Assembly (NCBI GenBank): GCA_030431375.1
Contig: JAUIIY010000001.1
Coordinates: 183,280-247,279, forward strand
Length of the DNA: 64,000 nucleotides
Source of the DNA: Alphaproteobacteria bacterium
GTDB taxonomy: Bacteria > Pseudomonadota > Alphaproteobacteria > Rickettsiales > JABSSG01
Direction: 5' to 3'
In this document: positions 49,764 to 60,009 of the stretch, piece by piece
Layout of the letters: every line of letters begins with the position of its first letter
Numbering within the stretch: the stretch's first letter is position 1
Notes under the pieces: generated by a model
Seen by the model: the letters and a program-made list of their open reading frames with translations, nothing else
Told to the model about the DNA's origin: nothing
Database searches by the model: none
Position numbers and translations under genes: made by a program

Positions 49764-50564
49764 CTACTCTTCATCATCAAAAGCAGGATTTTTTCCTGAA
49801 AGATCTGGATTAGGATTTTCTTCTGAAAGATCTGCCCCCCAATCCACACCAACTGCTTTGAACATCTTCTTTATAGCTTCTTTTTTTGCTTCTTCACCCT
49901 CCTGCCTTAACTGCTCTCTTCTTTGCCTTAAAATTTCTTCAACTTTTTCTGCTTCAGTTCTTTCTTCTGGAGCATAGTCTCTTTCTAACTGCTCTCTTCT
50001 TTGCCTTAAGAGACCCTCATATATTTCTGCTTGAGATCTAGAATCAGCCGCTGGCTCTGCTGCTACTGACTCTACAGCTGCTTGTACTCTCACCGCTTCC
50101 CCAGGATACATTGCGTATAGAGCTGGATTAAAACCTTCATCAGTTGCCCTTACAGCTTCTTCATACCCTGGCTCTCCTGGGGCATATCCCGGCGCATATG
50201 CAGCCTCTTGAACCTGAGGTTGTGCTTCATCCTCTTCTTCTATGTAACGATCAGCGTCAACAAAACCCTGCGTCCTGTGCGGATCCCTTACTCTATTGGC
50301 ATGTAAAATTGCTTCTAAACTATCAGCAACCGAAGCCAGATCATGTTCAAGAGGAGTTGTCTCTCCCGAACCGCCACGTCGATAATCTCCCATGTGAGAT
50401 CTCCCCCCTCCAACTGATGTATGTATGCTTCTGCCTCCTTCAAACAAAGAAGCTGCTAGTCCATCTGGCAACCAATTCATCCAATCATTTATGGCTCTTC
50501 TCCCCACCAATGCAAACCTTGCAAATAGTATCCCACCAAACATTTTTGAACTTTTCCCAAACAT
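49764..50564 (-). CDS. Hypothetical acidic repeat protein (effector-like)
   Basis: 266-aa ORF, Glu/Ala/Arg/Gly-rich. The internal repeat LRQRREQL is encoded by an exact 24-bp direct repeat (49908-49931 / 49986-50009). No family recognised. Confidence 0.45.
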   Translation of the reverse strand: MFGKSSKMFGGILFARFALVGRRAINDWMNWLPDGLAASLFEGGRSIHTSVGGGRSHMGDYRRGGSGETTPLEHDLASVADSLEAILHANRVRDPHRTQGFVDADRYIEEEDEAQPQVQEAAYAPGYAPGEPGYEEAVRATDEGFNPALYAMYPGEAVRVQAAVESVAAEPAADSRSQAEIYEGLLRQRREQLERDYAPEERTEAEKVEEILRQRREQLRQEGEEAKKEAIKKMFKAVGVDWGADLSEENPNPDLSGKNPAFDDEE

Positions 50565-50713
50565 TTTCCCTCTTTATAAATTGAAAATAGAAAAGAAAAA
50601 TTTTATTTAGCAAATTTGTATTATACAAGTTCAAAGATCGATCTTTTAAATTTCTTAACTTGCGATTGCCTATTTTTTGTGCAATAATGCCTTCTCATTT
50701 TTGCTAATTTCAT

Positions 50714-51697
50714 ATGATCAATATCGATAAAATAGAAATCCATGACCCTGTAATTCTTGCACCGATGTCAGGAGTAACTGATATGCCATTTCGGCGTTTG
50801 GTGAAAGAATTTGGTGCGGGGCTTGTTGTCTCGGAAATGATAGCTAGCCGTGCAATGATTATGCAAACTAAGCAATCAATGCAGAAATGTACTATTTCTG
50901 AAATCGAAGATACAACTTCGGTTCAGCTTGCCGGTTGTGAGCCAGATGTGATGGCTGAAGCCGCAAAATTGAATGAGGATCTTGGTGCCAAAATAATTGA
51001 TATTAACTTTGGTTGCCCTGTAAAAAAAGTTGTTAATGGCTATGCTGGCTCTGCTTTAATGAAAGATGAGAAATTAGCGACTAAGATCCTTGAAGCAACC
51101 GTTAAAGCTGTCAAAGTTCCAGTTACTCTAAAAATGAGAATGGGCTGGGATCATAATAACAAAAATGCACCAAAACTTGCAAAAATTGCTGAAGATGTAG
51201 GCATCAAGATGATCACTATACATGGCCGAACCAGATGCCAAATGTATAACGGAACCGCTGACTGGAAATTCATAAGACAAGTGAAGGATGTTGTATCTAT
51301 ACCGGTTATTGCTAATGGTGATGTCAAAACTATAGAAGATGCCCAGAGATGTATCGATGAATCAAGTGCCGATGGAGTGATGGTTGGAAGAGGCACGTAT
51401 GGTAAACCATGGCTTATAAACCAAATAAATCAATTTATCAGATACGGAAAAAAAATAGCCGAGCCTTCACTGCAAGAAAAATTAGAGATTATTCTACGCC
51501 ACTATAAGGACATGATCGAACATTATGATGAGATTGGTGGTATTAGAATGGCGCGCAAGCATATTGGTTGGTATACGTCAGGACTAAAAAAATCTGCGGA
51601 GTTTCGTTTTAATTTCAACAAAATCAATAATTATAATGAGGCTACTCAATATATAGCTGAGTATTTCAGCGAACTTATGGAAGAAGAAAATGTCTAA
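50714..51697 (+). CDS. dusB: tRNA-dihydrouridine synthase B
   Basis: 327 aa; [27 protein letters not shown]. Confidence 0.9.
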   Translation: MINIDKIEIHDPVILAPMSGVTDMPFRRLVKEFGAGLVVSEMIASRAMIMQTKQSMQKCTISEIEDTTSVQLAGCEPDVMAEAAKLNEDLGAKIIDINFGCPVKKVVNGYAGSALMKDEKLATKILEATVKAVKVPVTLKMRMGWDHNNKNAPKLAKIAEDVGIKMITIHGRTRCQMYNGTADWKFIRQVKDVVSIPVIANGDVKTIEDAQRCIDESSADGVMVGRGTYGKPWLINQINQFIRYGKKIAEPSLQEKLEIILRHYKDMIEHYDEIGGIRMARKHIGWYTSGLKKSAEFRFNFNKINNYNEATQYIAEYFSELMEEENV

Positions 51698-51935
51698 AGA
51701 TTGTAATATTATCAATTTAGTAGATCAATGTTTGGATAATTTTTTTGAAAAACATCAAAATATTGAACCCGAATCTGGTTTATATGATAGAATAATTTGT
51801 GAAGTTGAAAAAAGGGTTATTGTTAAAACAATGGAATATACGAACAATAATCAAAGTAGGACTGCTAAAATCCTTGGTATTAATAGAAATACCTTGAGGA
51901 AAAAGTTAAACATTTACAATTTAGATGATAAATAA
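51690..51935 (+). CDS. Fis-family DNA-binding protein
   Basis: 81 aa; C-terminal [24 protein letters not shown]. The dusB-fis arrangement is conserved. Confidence 0.7.
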   Translation: MSKDCNIINLVDQCLDNFFEKHQNIEPESGLYDRIICEVEKRVIVKTMEYTNNNQSRTAKILGINRNTLRKKLNIYNLDDK

Positions 51936-54075
51936 GTTTTTTTTTAAACGTTCTGTCACAAGTAAAATAGCAATAGTAACTGCAATTTTGGCAATTATAT
52001 GCGCTATCGCTACATATTTTGCTATATCAAGCTCATCTACCCTAATCTCTACAAATACAAGAATAATAAATAGCTTGTTATTGGTGGATCTCATCTTATT
52101 TCTTACTTTTACCGTATTAATAGCAAAGAGATTATTCCAAATTTATGCATCTCGAAATAATCTCGTTTCCAGCTCTAAAATCCAAAATCGTATACTTATA
52201 GTTTTCTGCTTATTAGCAAGTATACCAACCTTCATAGTTGCCTTCTTCTCAACTTTCTTCTTTAATTTCATTATTGAATCCTGGTTTGATAAGAGAATAA
52301 CCATAGCGCTTGATAAATCAGTCATCGTAGCTGAGTCGTATCTAAAAGAGCATCAGGATGTACTGAAAGTTCGAGCTAAAGCCATGGCTATGGAATTAGA
52401 TAACAACATTATATATTACGACCTTCCGGCCAACAAACCAATGTTTTATGAGATTCTAAATACTTTTGTGGATCTAAATTCGGTTTCTGAGGCTGTCATA
52501 CTTACGAATAATAACCCGATCATCCGTTCAAAATATGGTAATTCTCTTTCTTTCGAAAAATTCCCAGATGAGGTTTTCGAGAAAGCTGCAAAAGGTAAAG
52601 TAGTTATAGTAAAAGGAAATCCAGATAAAATTCGTGCTGTCGTGTCATTGACCAGCCTGCCTAATAGCTTTTTAGTAGTCGGAAAGTTAATTGACAGTAA
52701 CGTATTAAAGCACATCGAACAATCACAGGGAGCTGCGAGCAAATACCGTACTCTTAAAGATCAATTGGGCAATCTTCAAATAAAATTCTCAATATTATTC
52801 CTAGCCGTATCAATGCTGATTTTAATTGTAGCTGTTTGGCTTGGAATGGCTTTCTCAGGAAAATTAATCAAACCAATCAGAAGATTACTAGAAGCCACAG
52901 AAAAAATTAAAGAAGGCAATTTTGGCTTCCGAGTAAAAGAAGGCAGTACAAATGATGAATTAACTTCTCTAGCAAAAGCTTTTAACCTCATGACTCAACA
53001 TATTGCAAAACAACAAGATAAAATTGTTGATGCCTATAAAGAAATTGAAGAGAAGCACAAATTTAGCCAAACTGTTTTATCAGGAGTTTCAGCTGGTATT
53101 GTAGCCCTATCCCCCTCAAAAGAAATTATTTTAATTAATGATTCTGCGCTGCGCTTACTGAATTTAACTTTTAAAAAAACCTATCTAAAAAACATCTATA
53201 GCATTATTCCTGAATTAACTCCACTGCTTGAACAGGCAATTGAGGATCCAGAACTCCAAGTTAATAGCGGATTGAATATCAAAATTGATAAGAAAATGCA
53301 TAATATAGTTTTTAGGGTAGTTGCTGAAACTAAGAATCACAAAATAAACGGTTTTATCATCACTTTTGATGACATGACAGAATTAGTCCAAGCCCAAAGG
53401 CTTGCTGCTTGGTCTGATGTGGCTAGAAGAGTTGCCCACGAGGTGAAAAATCCGTTAACGCCAATCCAACTTAGTGCGGAAAGATTGAAGACTAAATTTG
53501 GATCTCAGGTGAAAGATCCAGAAGCTTTTGGGAAATATCTTTCTACAATTCTTCGACACACAACCGATATTGCAAAAATTATAGGTGAGTTCTCAAATTT
53601 TGCCAAAATGAAAACACCTACACTTGAAGAATTTGACATATATTCTCTCATGAAAGATATTGTGATTTCTAAAAATTATATAGATTCAAAAATAAAATAT
53701 AATTTCAAAAGCAACGATGACTCGATCACTATATTTGCTGATCAAACGCAAATAACTCAAATAATAGTAAATCTAATCAAAAATGCTGAAGAATCAATTA
53801 TAGCTACCGGTAAGTATAATCAAGGAGTTGGGCAAATTGACGTAAGTCTTGAAAAAGATAAAAATTATGTCAGAATATTAGTTATTGATAATGGAAAAGG
53901 TTTTGATAAGGATGTAATTAGCCGCTTGACCGAACCGTATTTTACTACAAGAACGAAAGGAACCGGCTTAGGTTTGGCTATTGTACAGAAAATTATCGAT
54001 GATCATAAGGGGAACTTAGATTTGTATAACAGAGATGGGAAGGCCGTTGTACAAATAGATTTGCCTCTTAATTAA
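51925..54075 (+). CDS. ntrY: Sensor histidine kinase NtrY
   Basis: 716 aa; multi-TM N-terminus, HAMP, PAS, H-box VAHEVKNPLTPI and an ATPase domain (GTGLGLAIV). Confidence 0.8.
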   Translation: MINKFFFKRSVTSKIAIVTAILAIICAIATYFAISSSSTLISTNTRIINSLLLVDLILFLTFTVLIAKRLFQIYASRNNLVSSSKIQNRILIVFCLLASIPTFIVAFFSTFFFNFIIESWFDKRITIALDKSVIVAESYLKEHQDVLKVRAKAMAMELDNNIIYYDLPANKPMFYEILNTFVDLNSVSEAVILTNNNPIIRSKYGNSLSFEKFPDEVFEKAAKGKVVIVKGNPDKIRAVVSLTSLPNSFLVVGKLIDSNVLKHIEQSQGAASKYRTLKDQLGNLQIKFSILFLAVSMLILIVAVWLGMAFSGKLIKPIRRLLEATEKIKEGNFGFRVKEGSTNDELTSLAKAFNLMTQHIAKQQDKIVDAYKEIEEKHKFSQTVLSGVSAGIVALSPSKEIILINDSALRLLNLTFKKTYLKNIYSIIPELTPLLEQAIEDPELQVNSGLNIKIDKKMHNIVFRVVAETKNHKINGFIITFDDMTELVQAQRLAAWSDVARRVAHEVKNPLTPIQLSAERLKTKFGSQVKDPEAFGKYLSTILRHTTDIAKIIGEFSNFAKMKTPTLEEFDIYSLMKDIVISKNYIDSKIKYNFKSNDDSITIFADQTQITQIIVNLIKNAEESIIATGKYNQGVGQIDVSLEKDKNYVRILVIDNGKGFDKDVISRLTEPYFTTRTKGTGLGLAIVQKIIDDHKGNLDLYNRDGKAVVQIDLPLN

Positions 54076-54093
54076 TTTAACACAAAGGCGGAA

Positions 54094-55470
54094 ATGAGTA
54101 ATACTATTTTAATTGTTGATGATGAAGAAGATATCAGAGATTTAGTATCTGATATTTTATCTGATGAAGGTTTTGAGTGTTTTACTGCAGCAAATAGCAA
54201 AGAAGCATTCACACAAATCGAAAAAAATAAACCTACTATTATATTATTAGATATATGGCTTCAAGGTAGTGATCTTGACGGTCTAGGAATATTAGAAGTC
54301 GCGCAAGAAAAATATCCTTTTATCCCGGTTATTATGATCAGCGGTCATGGGACTATTGAAACTGCTGTTTCTGCAATTAAAATGGGCGCTTATGATTATC
54401 TTGAAAAGCCGTTTACACCGGATAAGTTAAATATAATTGTTAAGCGAGCTCTAGAAACTTCAAAATTAAAAAGAGAAAATCTTGAATTAAGAAAAAAAAT
54501 ATCCACTAAGCCCGAATTGGTTGGTAATTCTCCTGCTATTACAAATTTACGTATGAATATAGATAGAATTGCCCCTACAGCGAGTAGAGTGCTTATCAAG
54601 GGCGAATATGGAACCGGTAAAGAACTTGTAGCTAAGCTAATTCATAAATTATCGGATAAAAAAAATAATCCTTTTGTTACTATAAACTCAGCAATAATAA
54701 ATAATCCAAAAATTACACGCGACTTTTTAGGAGATCCCACTGAAAAGAAATTCGGTATAGCTGATCTCGCCGCAAACGGAACTTTATATATCGATAATAT
54801 TACGGAAATGCCGCTAGAGCTTCAGAGGAATTTACTAAAATTTGTTCAAGGCAATAAAGATTCCCAATCAGCAGCCAAATATAATATCCGGGTTATATCT
54901 TCAATTTCAGAGAAACCAAAAAATGCTGTCGATGATGGCAGATTAATTAAGGATCTACTGTCCCGACTAAATGTTGTTAGTGTTGATGTTCCCCCTCTGA
55001 GAGAAAGAAGAGAAGATATTGATATTTTATGCAAATATTTCATGAAGAATATCGAAAAAACAGAAGGAATTTCTCATATAGAAATTGGCGATGACGTTAT
55101 CGCGCTCCTCCAATCACATAGCTGGCCAGGCAACTTAAGGGAATTGCGTAATGTTCTTGAAAAAATGTTTATTACAGCAAATACAAATAAATTAACTAAG
55201 ATTACTTCAAGTATTTTAAACGAAGATCTTAAACAAACGGCGAGCAAGACGAATAAAGAAAATTCTTCAAATGATATCGAAGTTGATTACATGTCAATGT
55301 CATTAAGACAAGCAAGGGAAGAATTTGAGCGACAATATTTAGCATCACAAATGACTCGCTTTAATAATAATATTTCAAAAACTTCCTTATTTGTTGGCAT
55401 GGAAAGATCTGCTTTGCATAGGAAGCTAAAAATGCTAAATATTCATGGTAGTAACCCCGAGGAAGAATAA
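54094..55470 (+). CDS. ntrX: Sigma-54-type response regulator NtrX
   Basis: 458 aa; receiver (ILIVDDEEDIR...LLDIWL), AAA+ domain (GEYGTGKE), C-terminal HTH. Confidence 0.85.
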   Translation: MSNTILIVDDEEDIRDLVSDILSDEGFECFTAANSKEAFTQIEKNKPTIILLDIWLQGSDLDGLGILEVAQEKYPFIPVIMISGHGTIETAVSAIKMGAYDYLEKPFTPDKLNIIVKRALETSKLKRENLELRKKISTKPELVGNSPAITNLRMNIDRIAPTASRVLIKGEYGTGKELVAKLIHKLSDKKNNPFVTINSAIINNPKITRDFLGDPTEKKFGIADLAANGTLYIDNITEMPLELQRNLLKFVQGNKDSQSAAKYNIRVISSISEKPKNAVDDGRLIKDLLSRLNVVSVDVPPLRERREDIDILCKYFMKNIEKTEGISHIEIGDDVIALLQSHSWPGNLRELRNVLEKMFITANTNKLTKITSSILNEDLKQTASKTNKENSSNDIEVDYMSMSLRQAREEFERQYLASQMTRFNNNISKTSLFVGMERSALHRKLKMLNIHGSNPEEE

Positions 55471-55493
55471 CTTTAAGCATGTATTTGAAGTAA

Positions 55494-56171
55494 ATGGAAA
55501 TAATTGACAAGACAATCTCATTAGCTAAACCACAAGCCATTTTGTTTGATTGGGACAATACCCTGGTTGATGCCTGGTCATTGATATATAAAGCCACGCA
55601 CAATACCTTTGTTAAATACGGCAAAAAACCGTGGTCATTCGAGGAAACCAAGATAAACGTGCATCGTTCACTAAAAGAGATAATGCCGATTTTATTTCCA
55701 ACGAATTATGAAGAAGCAGGTAAATTTTATAAAAACTCCTATGCTGAGTTAATGCATGAAATTAGACCTCTTCCTCACGCTGTAGAAGCTCTTGAGATGC
55801 TAAACGAGCAAAATATCAAATGTGCTATCATCAGCAACAAGACTGTTGATTATGTTTTTCAAGAAGCTGAGACTTTAAAAATCAGCCATTTATTTTCCTC
55901 TATCATGGGTTCTGGCAGTATTGATGTAGATAAGCCAAATCCTAAAACAGTATATGAAACATTAAAGAGAATAAATATCGCAAATACTGAAAAAGTATGG
56001 TTTGTAGGAGATTCCGTTTCTGATATGGAAGTTGCATACGCATCTGGCTCTCTTCCAATATTCTATGGACCAGAGGATTTTAGAAATGATCGATATAAAA
56101 ATTGTGCTCCCAAATTACATATTAGTGATTATAATGACTTCATAAATTTTATGGCACGATATAATGATTAA
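55494..56171 (+). CDS. HAD-superfamily hydrolase (phosphatase)
   Basis: 225 aa; ILFDWDNTLVD (DxD), ISNKT, GDSVSDME. Confidence 0.75.
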   Translation: MEIIDKTISLAKPQAILFDWDNTLVDAWSLIYKATHNTFVKYGKKPWSFEETKINVHRSLKEIMPILFPTNYEEAGKFYKNSYAELMHEIRPLPHAVEALEMLNEQNIKCAIISNKTVDYVFQEAETLKISHLFSSIMGSGSIDVDKPNPKTVYETLKRINIANTEKVWFVGDSVSDMEVAYASGSLPIFYGPEDFRNDRYKNCAPKLHISDYNDFINFMARYND

Positions 56172-57633
56172 CTCAGCATCTTTTGACTTAGTAACTAATA
56201 AAGAGTTACTGGACAATAAATCCTTTATCAATGGAAAATGGGTAGACTCTACAGAGACATTTGAGGTTTATAACCCATATAATAATGAGGTTCTTGGTAA
56301 AGTAGTAAAACACGGTGAAAAAGAAACCAACCTTGCTATTAATTCAGCAAATCACGCCTTCAAAAAATGGAAAGAATCCTCACCTATTGAGAGATCTAAT
56401 ATCTTGATGGCTTGGTATCATCTAATTATTAAAAATATCGATGATATTGCCTACATCATGACAATTGAACAAGGCAAACCATTAGAAGATGCTAAGAACG
56501 AGATTGCATATGGGGCAAACTTTATTCAGTGGTTTGCAGAAGAAGCTAAACGAATTTACGGCGATGTCATGCCATCGAAGGATAATTCTGGGCAATATGT
56601 TGCGAAGAAAGTCCCTGTAGGGGTTACTGCAGCTATTACCCCGTGGAACTTCCCTATGGCTATGATAACCAGAAAAATATCCCCTGCTATAGCAGCTGGA
56701 TGTACTATTATTCTCAAACCATCCGAAGATACTCCTTTTACAGCCATTGCATTAATCAAGCTTGCTGAAAAAGCTGGATTCCCAACAGGAGTTGTTAATT
56801 TAGTTATTGGCTCTCCTCAAGAAATTGGGAAAACTCTTACAGACAGTAATATAGTTAAAAAATTGAGCTTTACCGGATCAACAGAAGTAGGTAAGTTGCT
56901 TTACCGCAATTGTGCAAATTCAGTAAAAAAACTCTCACTTGAACTTGGTGGTAATGCACCATTTGTGGTATTTGACGATGCAAACCTTGAGTTAGCCTCG
57001 TCTTGCCTGGTTAAGAGCAAATCCAGAAATACAGGTCAAGCATGCACTAGCATTAATAGAGTTTATGTTGATGAGAAAATTTATGATGAATTCCTAGATC
57101 TACTACTTCCTAAATTCAAAAAACTAAAGATTGGCAACGGATTAGAAGCAGGAATAAACCAAGGCCCTCTTATCAATAAGAAAGCTGTTGAAAAAGTACA
57201 AAGCCTAATAAATGATGCAACTAAAAATGGAGCTAAGATTCTTTATCAGGCAGATAATATTGAGCAAGGTTGTTTCTATCCACCAACAATAATTGAGATA
57301 CCTAAACCCAATTTGTTGATCGAAAAGGAAGAGATTTTTGGTCCTGTAATTGCTTTATATAAATTTGATAGTAATAAAGAAGACGAATTAATTCATAGAT
57401 GTAATAACACAAATTATGGTCTTGCTTCTTATATCTTCACAGAATCCAGAAAAAGAGTGTGGAGAGTTCCATCGGCACTTGAATATGGCATGGTTGGCAT
57501 TAATGATGTTGTGCTCGCAAGTGAATATACACCTTTTGGTGGAGTTAAGCATTCTGGCTTTGGTCGAGAAGGATCTAAATACGGCATTGATGAATATCTA
57601 ACTATTAAGTATTTTTCTTTTGGTGATTGTTAA
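56164..57633 (+). CDS. gabD: NAD(P)-dependent succinate-semialdehyde dehydrogenase
   Basis: 489 aa; ITPWNFP, LELGGNAPFVVFDDA and GQACTSINRVYV (catalytic Cys), paralleling E. coli GabD. Confidence 0.85.
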   Translation: MINSASFDLVTNKELLDNKSFINGKWVDSTETFEVYNPYNNEVLGKVVKHGEKETNLAINSANHAFKKWKESSPIERSNILMAWYHLIIKNIDDIAYIMTIEQGKPLEDAKNEIAYGANFIQWFAEEAKRIYGDVMPSKDNSGQYVAKKVPVGVTAAITPWNFPMAMITRKISPAIAAGCTIILKPSEDTPFTAIALIKLAEKAGFPTGVVNLVIGSPQEIGKTLTDSNIVKKLSFTGSTEVGKLLYRNCANSVKKLSLELGGNAPFVVFDDANLELASSCLVKSKSRNTGQACTSINRVYVDEKIYDEFLDLLLPKFKKLKIGNGLEAGINQGPLINKKAVEKVQSLINDATKNGAKILYQADNIEQGCFYPPTIIEIPKPNLLIEKEEIFGPVIALYKFDSNKEDELIHRCNNTNYGLASYIFTESRKRVWRVPSALEYGMVGINDVVLASEYTPFGGVKHSGFGREGSKYGIDEYLTIKYFSFGDC

Positions 57634-58478
57634 TGGCAATTACTTTGCGAGATCTTCACAAAGAAGGATTTAATATTCTTAAGGCTAACGCTTCCATTAC
57701 TACCGCTGAATTAGATAGTCGTATATTGCTACAACATGCACTTCAGCTTAGGCATGAGGATTTACTGCTAAAAAAAGATCATCTTATAGATCAAAAATAT
57801 GCAAATAATTATATAGATCTGATCAAAAGAAGGAATAATAACGAACCAATAGCATATATTACCGGATCAAAGGAATTTTACGGCTATCACTTTAGAGTAA
57901 ATAAAAATACCTTAATACCTCGCCCTGATACTGAAATATTAGTTGAAAAAGCCTGCCAATTATTTCCTAAAAATCAAAATATCAAGATTCTCGATATCGG
58001 TACCGGGAGTGGCTGCATTGCTATCTCATTAGCAAAATATTATATAAATGCACATATTACGGCTACGGACAAAAATATTGGCGCTTTAGAGATGGCAGGT
58101 ATAAATGCAGATAATCTTGGTGTCTCTATTGATTTTCAACATAATAAAAACTTTGCCTCTAATATTGCTGAAAAATTTGATCTGATAGTTTCCAACCCTC
58201 CTTACATTGAAACTAAAATAATCGAAACCCTCCAAAAAGATGTTAAAGATTTTGAGCCTATGATGGCTCTGGATGGTGGCGATGATGGACTAAACCCATA
58301 TCGTATTATAGCAGAACAAGCCTGCTCTATGATTAACAATCAGGGCTATATATTAGTAGAGATAGGGATCAACCAACAAAATGCTATTACAGATATTTTT
58401 GAAGCTAATGGATTTAACAAGGTAGCAGAATGCAAAGATTTATCTTCAATTGTTAGATGCTTGCTATTTGCGAAATAA
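57627..58478 (+). CDS. prmC: Release-factor glutamine methyltransferase
   Basis: 283 aa; EPIAYITGSKEFYG, LDIGTGSGCIA, VSNPPY. Confidence 0.85.
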   Translation: MLMAITLRDLHKEGFNILKANASITTAELDSRILLQHALQLRHEDLLLKKDHLIDQKYANNYIDLIKRRNNNEPIAYITGSKEFYGYHFRVNKNTLIPRPDTEILVEKACQLFPKNQNIKILDIGTGSGCIAISLAKYYINAHITATDKNIGALEMAGINADNLGVSIDFQHNKNFASNIAEKFDLIVSNPPYIETKIIETLQKDVKDFEPMMALDGGDDGLNPYRIIAEQACSMINNQGYILVEIGINQQNAITDIFEANGFNKVAECKDLSSIVRCLLFAK

Positions 58479-58487
58479 GGAGGATTT

Positions 58488-59042
58488 ATGTCAAAAAAAG
58501 TAATTTTTATACCAGGTAATGGAGGCGGCTCCCCGAGAGATAATTGGTTCCCTTACCTAAAGCAGAAGTTAGAACAAGAGAATATTCAAGTTATAGCTGA
58601 AGAATTTCCTGATAATGAATTGGCCAGAGAATCATTCTGGGTTCCTTTTATTATTAATGAGCTGGGAGCAGATGAGGATACTATACTTGTTGGCCATTCA
58701 TCTGGTGCTCTAGCCGCTATGCGCATAGCTGAACAACATAAAATTCATGGATCAGTTTTGGTAGGCGCCTGTTATACTGATCTTGGGATCGAAACAGAAA
58801 AGCAGTCTGGATATTATTCAAGACCTTGGAACTGGCAGGCCATTAAGCAAAATCAGCAATGGATTGCATTATTTGCTTCACAAGATGACCCATGGATACC
58901 TATCGCAGAAGCTAGACATATTCACGTGAATCTAAATTGCGAATATCATGAATATACCAATCAAGGACATTTTGGTGGAGATTACTATAAGGAGAGTTTC
59001 CCAGAGCTACTTCAGGTTATTATGAGTAATCTACAAAATTAG
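58488..59042 (+). CDS. RBBP9/YdeN-family serine hydrolase
   Basis: 184 aa; IPGNGGGSPRDNWFPYL, LVGHSSGA, and late D..H. Confidence 0.7.
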   Translation: MSKKVIFIPGNGGGSPRDNWFPYLKQKLEQENIQVIAEEFPDNELARESFWVPFIINELGADEDTILVGHSSGALAAMRIAEQHKIHGSVLVGACYTDLGIETEKQSGYYSRPWNWQAIKQNQQWIALFASQDDPWIPIAEARHIHVNLNCEYHEYTNQGHFGGDYYKESFPELLQVIMSNLQN

Positions 59043-59088
59043 TCTTGCGCTAAAATGATCAATGGTATAAATTGAGTTTTCCAACTAC

Positions 59089-59178
59089 GGAGGGGTGGCC
59101 GAGCGGCTGAAGGCGCTTCCCTGCTAAGGAAGTATACGGGTAACTGTATCGAGGGTTCGAATCCCTCTCCCTCCGCCA
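59089..59178 (+). tRNA. tRNA-Ser (anticodon GCT)
   Basis: GGAGGGG-TG-GCCGAGCGGCTGAAGGC... has the anticodon loop CTGCTAA, a long variable arm, a T-arm GAGGGTTCGAATCCCTC, an acceptor TCCCTCC-G-CCA, and is 90 nt long. Confidence 0.9.
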
Positions 59179-59254
59179 TACGCCGTCGCGCAGAACGCGC
59201 TATGGCGTGATGCCACGTCGTAATGAAATGAAGACGGGCTATTAAATTTATTAT

Positions 59255-59485
59255 GTGTATTCAATACAAAGTGAAAATAATCCAGATAAATATTACGTTG
59301 GATTAACCACTGATGTCGAACGAAGATTATCTGAGCATAATGCCGGAAAATCTATACATACCAACAAGTTTCGCATGTGGAAAATAGTTTCTTATACTGC
59401 TTTTGTAGATAAATCTAGAGCAGAAAAATTTGAATCTTATCTTAAAACTTCATCCGGTAGAGCATTTGCAAAGAAGAGGCTTTGA
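59255..59485 (+). CDS. GIY-YIG nuclease-family small protein
   Basis: 76 aa (GTG start); YSIQSENNPDKYYVGLTTDVERRLSEHNAG...SRAEKFESYLKTSSGR. The start is uncertain. Confidence 0.7.
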   Translation: MYSIQSENNPDKYYVGLTTDVERRLSEHNAGKSIHTNKFRMWKIVSYTAFVDKSRAEKFESYLKTSSGRAFAKKRL

Positions 59486-60009
59486 GCTAAGTTTCAATTG
59501 CGTAACACATGCGTACCTAGAGAATCCTAAAATCACCAACTGTACCCCAAAATCTCCTATTTTACTCTCCGTTTCTCCGTTAAATGAGAACGTCAGACTC
59601 GAAGGTACGCATCTATCAAATTCTTGATTTTACTGGGTTTTGGTAATTTTAGCATTTTGAGATTCGTTTTTGGCTGGTGGTATGCGGAGTACTCAGAATG
59701 AGAATATTCGCCGGGCTTTTATCACAGTTTATGATACAACGCACGTGGTTTTTAATAAACAACGCACCTTCAAAGGGGCTTACACATGACTGGGAAAGTA
59801 ATATTTCCATAAAAATTACAGTCTCGTGACGAGGCAAGGATTACAGCTCCATCAAAAAGCCTAAATACCATCTTTAAAATGTTAAATGCGAGGCTGCTAT
59901 GCCCTCTATAGCTTTCTGAAATTTCTAGATATAAATTCTCTGATATCTTCTTGCTTTTTTAAGAGTTAAAACCAGTATATAACGGAATTAGAAACGTTAG
60001 ATACCATAC

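Noticed and set aside
50144-50610. 146-aa and 61-aa plus-strand ORFs antisense to the acidic repeat protein gene
   Set aside because: The minus-strand 266-aa frame is longer and has a coherent repeat structure. The plus-strand translation is Leu/Pro/His-rich, as expected for the complement of a GAA/GCN-rich gene. Coding strand confidence is nevertheless only moderate.
59430-59837. ORFs 59430-59627 (+) and 59649-59837 (-) in the spacer after the GIY-YIG gene
   Set aside because: They are short, without motifs or an RBS, and one overlaps the GIY-YIG 3' end out of frame. They are probably non-coding or gene debris.
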